Assembly: GCA_964016885.1 (NCBI GenBank)
Contig: OZ024742.1
Location: forward strand, 321,966,001 to 322,030,000
Source: Eledone cirrhosa
Lineage: Eukaryota
Direction of reading: 5' to 3'
DNA: 64,000 nt
Positions 56,359 to 64,000 of this stretch are shown here, piece by piece. Below the pieces are notes generated by a model. The model was not told the origin of the DNA. It ran no database searches and saw nothing but the letters and a program-made list of their open reading frames with translations. Each line of letters opens with the position of its first letter. The first letter of the stretch is position 1. Both the position numbers and the translations under genes were made by a program.

Positions 56359-56964
56359 GTCAGGTCACCAGTTGGTGCTACTGGTAACATGTATCCCAGT
56401 ACAACCTGTCCCATGGTCGGGTCGTTGGCGACTAAACTGGCAACCCCACCAAGGTTTCTTGGTGAGGAGGGTGACTTTGGACATCCTGCAGGACTAAAAA
56501 CAAAACCTGTCAAAGGGCAAAGGAGCTCTTAAGAGTCAATGGCCATCCAAAATCACCGGGAGAGATGACCCCTTAGCCTTTGTCAAGGCAGAATTCTAGG
56601 AGAAGGAAAACTCTGATATAACACCTGCAACCCTGATGGTATCCAATGATGTTGACTTGTTCTTCTTTTTGGTAAATATCATCTTGGTTAAGAGAGTGGG
56701 ACTGGCTTTGTGCAGTGCCTTTGCTCACTATAAAAGCTTCACGGCACAGGCATTGCTTTATATCTGGAGATCTCTCTGCACTTGTCATCACATGGTACCA
56801 TGGGCCCAGCACTGTGTCAGTAATTGTCACAAGTGTAGTGTTTGTACCAGAGTTTTCAAGTCGCTGGCTGGACTAAAAAGTTACACTCGTTCAGCGCATC
56901 GGTAGGGGTTCTCCTACATGGATATAAAGTAGTGGCCGTACTCGAAAACGAGTTGGCAGCCACC
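56359..56964 (+). mobile_element. Non-coding retroposon in (ATGT)n, longest copy B (~605 bp)
   Basis: Ends with the hairpin ACTCG-AAAA-CGAGT, then TGGCAGCCACC, then (ATGT)n. Confidence 0.85.
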
Positions 56965-57055
56965 ATGTATGTATGTATATATGTATGTATATATGTATGT
57001 ATGTATATATGTATGTATGTATGTAGGTATATATGTATGTATGTATGTATGTATT

Positions 57056-57086
<31 letters not shown>

Positions 57087-57529
57087 ATATGTATGTATGT
57101 ATGTAGGTATATATGTATGTATGTATGTATGTATATATGTAGGTAGGTAGGTATATATGTATGTATGTAGGTATGTAGGTAGGTATATATGTATGTATGT
57201 AGGCAGGTATATATGTATGTATGTATGTATGTATATATGTATGTATGTAGGTATATATATATGTATGTAGGTAGGTGTATATGCAGGTAGGGTGGTATAT
57301 ATGTATGCAGTTGTAATCTAATCATAATAAAGGGCAAACATAAGATATGATGATGTGAAACATACATATTTGGTAGGGCTGACTGATATACTATATCAAA
57401 TTTTAATATAGTCTCATATACTACGTTAGTGCATCTCATCCCATTCATACATTCCTGGTAGGATTCATTCATAATGTTCATTCATATGCGTGTGTGTAGC
57501 ATGAATATATTTGTGTGCATATATATATA

Positions 57530-57790
57530 TATTAATAAGAGGAATTCCAACTTTGTCTGATTTACTCGTTTTATTTACAATCCTTTAAAATATATATAAT
57601 ATGGTATTATAATGAAATAGTATGATAGAATATTAAATTCTAAGTGTTAATTGAACAAGTACTTTCATGCTTTCGCAATCTTCAGGTTCATGATATGTGG
57701 TGACAGTCGAGTTTGCAATTTTCAACTGTGTATATATGTATATATATGTATATATATATATATACATATATATGTATATATATATGTATA

Positions 57791-57843
<53 letters not shown>

Positions 57844-57848
57844 GTATG

Positions 57849-57898
<50 letters not shown>

Positions 57899-57918
57899 TA
57901 TACATATATATATATATA

Positions 57919-57958
<40 letters not shown>

Positions 57959-58710
57959 ATAATAATAATAATAATAATAGTAATAATAATAAATTTGAAG
58001 ACTAAAATCCAAAGAGGGCTCGATAAGGATATATATATATCAAATATATAAGAACCGTAGAGCAAATATAATCTGTTATTTTAATAAATATATATATATA
58101 TAAAATAAGAAGGAATAATAGACACAATATATACCTATTTTTCTTCGTCCCGACTGTACAGTTTCGCTGGTCACTATGCAAAAATGTTATATCATAGATA
58201 TGTAACATTGTTGTGAGGTAACACTGGTTAAGGTTGACAACATACAATCTCACTTATTTGTGAAAAATATATGTTTATATATACATGTATATGTATGTAT
58301 GCACATATATCTGTATACCTCTCATTATTGTATTGGATTGGCGGTAGATTGGCAGTATCGGTAGAGGGTCAGACGCCATGCTTTCCAGCATAGTTACGTC
58401 CCTTTATGATCTGAGTTCAAATCCCGCCGCGGTTGACTTTGCCTTTCATCCTTACGGGGTCGATAAAATAAAGTACCAGTAATGCACTGGGTAATTGCTG
58501 GCCTTGTGCCTAAAATAGAAACAATTATTTGCAGCAAACTTGACTGTCACCACATATTATGAACCTGAAGATTGCGAAAGCATGAAAGTACTTGTTCAAT
58601 TAACACTTAGAATTTAATATTCTATCATACTATTTCATTATAATACCATTATAAATTTTAAAGGATTGTAAATAAAACGAGTAAATCAGACAAAGTTGGA
58701 ATTCCTCTTA

Positions 58711-58715
<5 letters not shown>
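57530..58715. mobile_element. Inverted pair of PLE pLTR pieces (57530-57717 and 58533-58715) with a Naiad pLTR fragment and a SINE (58339-58527) between them
   Basis: The arms are reverse complements and each contains a hammerhead. Confidence 0.78.
58560..58598 (+). ncRNA. Minimal type I hammerhead ribozyme (identical minus copy at 57652-57690)
   Basis: TGAAC-CTGAAGA-T-TGC-GAAA-GCA-T-GAAA-GTAC-TT-GTTCA, with a palindromic GTAC at stem III. Confidence 0.8.
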
Positions 58716-58778
<63 letters not shown>

Positions 58779-59045
58779 CATACATATATATGTGTATATA
58801 TATGTATATAGAAAATATACATATATACTTATATATTCAAGAATACCGTGTGCATATATATATATATATGCACACGGCATTCTTGAATATATATATGTAT
58901 ATATATATATATACACATACATATGTATGCATATGTATACACACACACACACACACGTGTGTGTATAGTCATATACATATTAATTAAATATGTGCGTACA
59001 GTTGTACAGGTAAGTATACATACACACAGATGTCCACACACACAA

Positions 59046-59098
<53 letters not shown>

Positions 59099-59467
59099 TG
59101 TGTGTGTGTGTGTATCAGTGAAATTAGAAGGCCGGATTCAAATATATTCCTTTAATATTTCACAATTACATAATACGGATTTCTAAGGCCGGCTTACGAC
59201 ATCAGACTATGACGCAAGGCGATCGGTGACATCATCAGATGTAATATGCATAAAAAATTTCAAAGCTTTAGTTCAGTAATTTCGTACTGGGTTACAGCAA
59301 AGAATTGATACGGAGGTTACCTGGCTAGCGATGCGGACGAGGGCGTTTGCTTATTGCATCACGGTCTACAAATCGGAATGACTTAATCTACGCATTAGTT
59401 ACACCAACCAACATGAATGAAATACATACATACATATATACATACATATATACATACATACATACAT

Positions 59468-59882
59468 GGTGGCTGCCAACTCGTTTTCGAGTACGGCCAC
59501 TACTTTATATCCATGTAGGAGAACTCCTACCGATGCGCTGAACGAGTGTGACTTTTTAGTCCAGCCAGCGACTTGATAACTCTGGTACCAACACTACACT
59601 TGTGACAATTATTGACACATAGTGCTGGGCCCATGTGCTGGGCCCATGTGACGACAAGTGCAGAGAGATCTCCAGATATAAAGCAATGCCTGTGCCATGA
59701 AGCTTTTATAGTGAGCAAAGGCACTGCACAAAGCCAGTCCCACTCTCTTAACCAAGATGATATTTACCAAAAAGAAGAACAAGTCAACATCATTGGATAC
59801 CATCAGGGTTGCAGGTATTATATCAGAGTTTTCCTTCTCCTAGAATTCTGCCTTGACAAAGGCTAAGGGGTCATCTCTCCCG
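59468..59882 (-). mobile_element. Non-coding retroposon in (ATGT)n, copy C
   Basis: Same family as 56359-56964, with a small internal duplication of GTGCTGGGCCCAT. Confidence 0.85.
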
Positions 59883-59885
59883 TAC

Positions 59886-59924
<39 letters not shown>

Positions 59925-59929
<5 letters not shown>

Positions 59930-60208
59930 GGAAAAAATGAAACGAAATTTCATTTCATTTCTCACTCTTAGTACGGCTGTTACTTAAATATATATGTATA
60001 CGTACATACATATATGTATACAGTGTTGAACAAAAGGGTAACAGTGGTTGCTAAACACTGTACGGCTTAATTCGGGATGTTTGTTTACAAACAAACTGAG
60101 CATTATAATAAATGCTCGGTAAATCCATACGTACATATATATATGTGTGCATGTATGTATATATATACATACTACTGTACGTCTGTATACATATATGTAT
60201 GTACGTAA

Positions 60209-60252
<44 letters not shown>

Positions 60253-60565
60253 TTATATATATATATATATATATATATATAAGTATGGTTACGTACATAC
60301 ATATATGTATACAGACATACAGTAGTATGTATATATATACATACATGCACACATATATATATGTACGTATGGATTTATCGAGCATTTATTATAATGCTCG
60401 GTTTGTTTGTAAACAAACATCCTGAATTAAGCCGTACAGTGTTTAGCAACACCGTTCCCTTTTGTTCAACACTGTATACATATATGTATGTACGTATACA
60501 TATATATTTAAGTAACAGCCGTACTAAGAGTGAGAAATGAAATGAAATTTCGTTTCATTTTTTCC

Positions 60566-60570
<5 letters not shown>
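59925..60570. mobile_element. ~645-bp near-perfect palindrome of a PLE pLTR end centred on (TA)n
   Basis: The arms are reverse complements and homologous to 21290-21550. Confidence 0.75.
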
Positions 60571-60634
<64 letters not shown>

Positions 60635-60777
60635 TGTATGTATGTATGTATATATGCATGTATTTCATTCATGCTGAATACGTAAGTGTGTTTTATCCCC
60701 CCATGTTTTCTCTCATTTTCCCCGTTCCTTCCTGTCACCACTCTTTACTTTCTATTTATCTTCTATTTCTAACTCTA

Positions 60778-60814
60778 TCTTCTGATAAAGGACTAGTGTC
60801 CGAAACGTTAAGAC
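60778..60814 (+). ncRNA. Mutated minimal hammerhead (core CTGATAA)
   Basis: TCTT-CTGATAA-A-GGAC-TAGT-GTCC-GAAA-CG-TT-AAGA. The G8A change probably inactivates it. Confidence 0.5.
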
Positions 60815-61035
60815 TCTCTTCCAGCTATTTCAGGTGTTAAACTAAAATATTTCTTCCATGTACTGCACTTTTTTCTCTAAATGTGTATTTTATCCGAATT
60901 TCTAAGCTGTTTTATTTAGAAATTGACTGTATTTGTTATTTATCTGCGTCTGAGATTCTTTCATTTTCTAGAAGCTTTATAATTTCTCCACACTTTTCCT
61001 CGAAAGTTCGATACTGTACTTAAAATGTTGTTTAA

Positions 61036-61126
<91 letters not shown>

Positions 61127-62098
61127 CGTGCGGGTGCATGCGGGTGCATGCGTGGGTGCGCGCGTGTGTGTGTATGTGGGTCTGTGCGTGTGTGTATGTT
61201 CATGAGTGCTGCATGCCCTCCTGGTTTTGTTGAACAGTGAGTGATTCGATAGCCATATGTATTTGGCCTCCCTTCGGGAAAATCTTCAGGAGCTGACTGA
61301 TGGCCTTCACCACCGGGTTTCCACTATCATGCAGGAAGATCTCCCTAATTGTTTTGTAGGTTGCTACGTTCAACTTTACTATTTTATACCTTTAAGGCAC
61401 TTGGTTTTAAATATCTACACCCTTGTTTAAATGTTCTCTCTTTGTGTTATGAGGGAATCCCGCCGAGGTTGACTTTGCCTTTCATCCTTACGGGGTCGAT
61501 AAAATAAAGTACCAGTAATGTACTGGGTGATTGCGGCCTTGTGCCTAAAATAGAAACAATTATTTCTTTGTCTTTCTCACTAGGACAAACATGGTGTAGG
61601 TAGGGTTTGTTGTCGTGATTGTGTGTCTGTGTTCTGGTTTGTTGTTGTTGAGTTCGTTATTGCTGGTGGTGGTGATGGTGCTGCTGCTGCTGCTGAAGAA
61701 GAAGAAGAAGAAGAAGAAGAAGAAGAAGAAGAAGAAGAAGAAGAAGAAGAAGAAGAAGAAGAACGACGACAACACTAAATTAAGCACCCCAACACCTATT
61801 TCCACCTAAACATCCACCCCAACCTCAACACTCCCCTTTCTCAAAACGTAGCTCCACCTCCACCAAACACACACCACATCCCAACATAGCCTACCGCCAC
61901 CAATCAACTACTTATATATATAAACCCTAAATAAACTCTAAGCCCTTTGTCTGACTCAGTCCCTAGTTATTCTTCCTCTTTCCTTCAAACGTGGTTACCG
62001 TATATGATAAAACACATACCATTACATAACATACACACGAACATCTATGTATATATATATATATATATATATACATATATACACGCACATATATAATG

Positions 62099-62164
<66 letters not shown>

Positions 62165-62434
62165 CGTAGGTCCCGGGTTGAGTCGGGGATAACCACAGTA
62201 AGTAAGGTACTCAATACATGGCAGAGTAAAATTTTTTTATTTTATAGAAGGAGCTGAATGAAACAGTACTAGTCCTGTAGAAGCTCCGTCTATAAAATAA
62301 AAATATATATATATATATATATGTATATATGTAAGTATGTATATATATATATATATACATATACACATGTATATGTATATACACAAACACATATAAATAC
62401 CTATAAACGTATATAAAGTATTTGTGTGTGTATG

Positions 62435-62497
<63 letters not shown>

Positions 62498-62986
62498 AAG
62501 TATGTATATATATATATACATATACACATATATATATGTATATACACAAACACATATAAATACATATAAACGTATATAAAGTATTTGTGTGTGTGTATGT
62601 GTATGTATATATATAAATATTTATATATATATACATATACAAAGAAAGAAAAGGAGAGAGAATACGTATCATAATTTGATATAATATATATGTGCGTATT
62701 TATGATATGTATGTATGCGCATTCTCTTAAGAAGAATTATATATACACACACACATATTTGTAACTGGTAACCTTCCCGGTGGTAAGGTCGTAAAGAAAA
62801 GGAAATTGCCGTCTTCTCTTGTAGAAGCGTTCATCCTTTGAATCGTAAAATACTTTACAAATTTTGAAGGTTGCAGATATCGCGACCATTTGTAGCTTGT
62901 GAACTAAGGAGCGACATTCGTTCTTCACAAATACAAGCTCTTATGCTTTGGTACTTGGTTGGTAGCACTACAATGACTGTAGCTCT

Positions 62987-63370
62987 AATAATTGTTTCTA
63001 CTTTTAGCACAAGGCCAGCAATTAACTCAGTGCATTACTGGTACTTTATTTTATCGACCCCCGTAAGGATGAAAGGCAAAGTTAACCTCGGCGGGATTTG
63101 AACTCAGACCGTAGAGGGTCGTAACTCTATGCTGCTAAGCATGGTGTCTGACGTTCTACCGATACATTCCAATCACCCTAATAATTGTTTCTACTTTTGG
63201 CACAAGGCCAGCAATTACCCAGTGCATTACTGGTACTTTATTTTATCAACCCCGTAAGGATCAAAGGCAAAGTTAACCTGAGCGGGATTTCAACTCAGAA
63301 TGGCAAGGGACGTAACTCTATGCGTCAAAGCATGGCATCCGGCCCTCTACCGATACTGCCAATCCACCCT
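62987..63370 (-). mobile_element. Two tandem full-length tRNA-head SINEs
   Basis: Same family as 27849-28250. A further truncated copy lies at 61456-61562. Confidence 0.85.
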
Positions 63371-63810
63371 AATAATAACGGGTATGAAGCTGAATGTGTT
63401 TATTGGATACTGGATGTGAAACTTCTTATCAATGGTCCGCACAGATCATTCTTCATTTCAATGTTCTTACTACATTGATATCAAGAGGACAGCTGACGTC
63501 TAAGACAGGGCAGATTTTTAGTGGGTGTACCTAAACAACAATATCAGGCCGGGTACTTTCCACTAGTATTACTTTGAGGCATCAGTCTCAACGTATTCCT
63601 ATCGTATGTATGTATGTATGTACGCATGTATGTATGTATGCATGTAAGTATGTATGTATGCATGTATGTATGCATGTAAGTATGTATGTATGCATGCATG
63701 TATGCATGTATGTATGTATGTATGTATGCATGCATGTATGTATGTATGTATGTAAGTATGTATGTATGCATGCATGTATGCATGTATGTATGTATGCATG
63801 CATGTATGTA

Positions 63811-63991
63811 TGTCGTCACATGGTACCATGGGCCCAGCACTATGTGTCAATAATTGTCACAAGTGTAGTGTTTGTGCCAGAGTTTTCAAGTCGCTGGCTG
63901 GACTAAAAGTCACTCGTTCAGCGCATCGGTAGGGGTTCTCCTACATGGATATAAAGTAGTGGCCGTACTCGAAAACGAGTTGGCAGCCACC
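63811..63991 (+). mobile_element. Non-coding retroposon in (ATGT)n, short 3' copy D
   Basis: Last ~180 bp of the family, with the same GGCAGCCACC terminus. Confidence 0.85.
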
Positions 63992-64000
63992 ATGCATGTA

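Noticed and set aside
61206-61440. Possible CR1/L2 LINE 3' fragment
   Set aside because: The resemblance is vague and I could not read a diagnostic motif.
62737-62928. 63-aa minus-strand ORF in unique sequence
   Set aside because: No recognisable motif, start context or splice support.

Overview
Eukaryotic, AT-rich and microsatellite-saturated DNA with no host protein-coding gene I can support. The repeat content (tRNA-head SINEs with a GCCTTTCATCCT..GGGGTCGATAAA body, CORE-type SINEs, an R4/Dong relic, RTE fragments) suggests a cephalopod (Octopus-like) genome; that assignment is inference. Most of the window is retroelement debris. Penelope-like elements (PLEs) dominate: a back-to-back pair of Naiad-type PLEs (14.8-19.4 kb), a near full-length C-rich Neptune-like PLE (51.6-56.0 kb) with an inverted truncated sister copy (38.6-40.8 kb), and many short fold-back PLE termini from several families embedded in (TA)n, many carrying type I hammerhead ribozyme motifs. 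Also present are an RTE-group LINE pseudogene, a Tx1/L1 endonuclease relic cut by a non-autonomous Helitron, piggyBac- and Tigger-type MITEs, and four copies of an unclassified non-coding retroposon confined to (ATGT)n. The best leads are a hammerhead with a non-canonical CAGAAGA core in all four Naiad pLTR copies, the (ATGT)n-targeting element, and the recurrent hammerhead-associated fold-back ends. Family names come from motif recognition, not database searches, and boundaries inside microsatellites are approximate.
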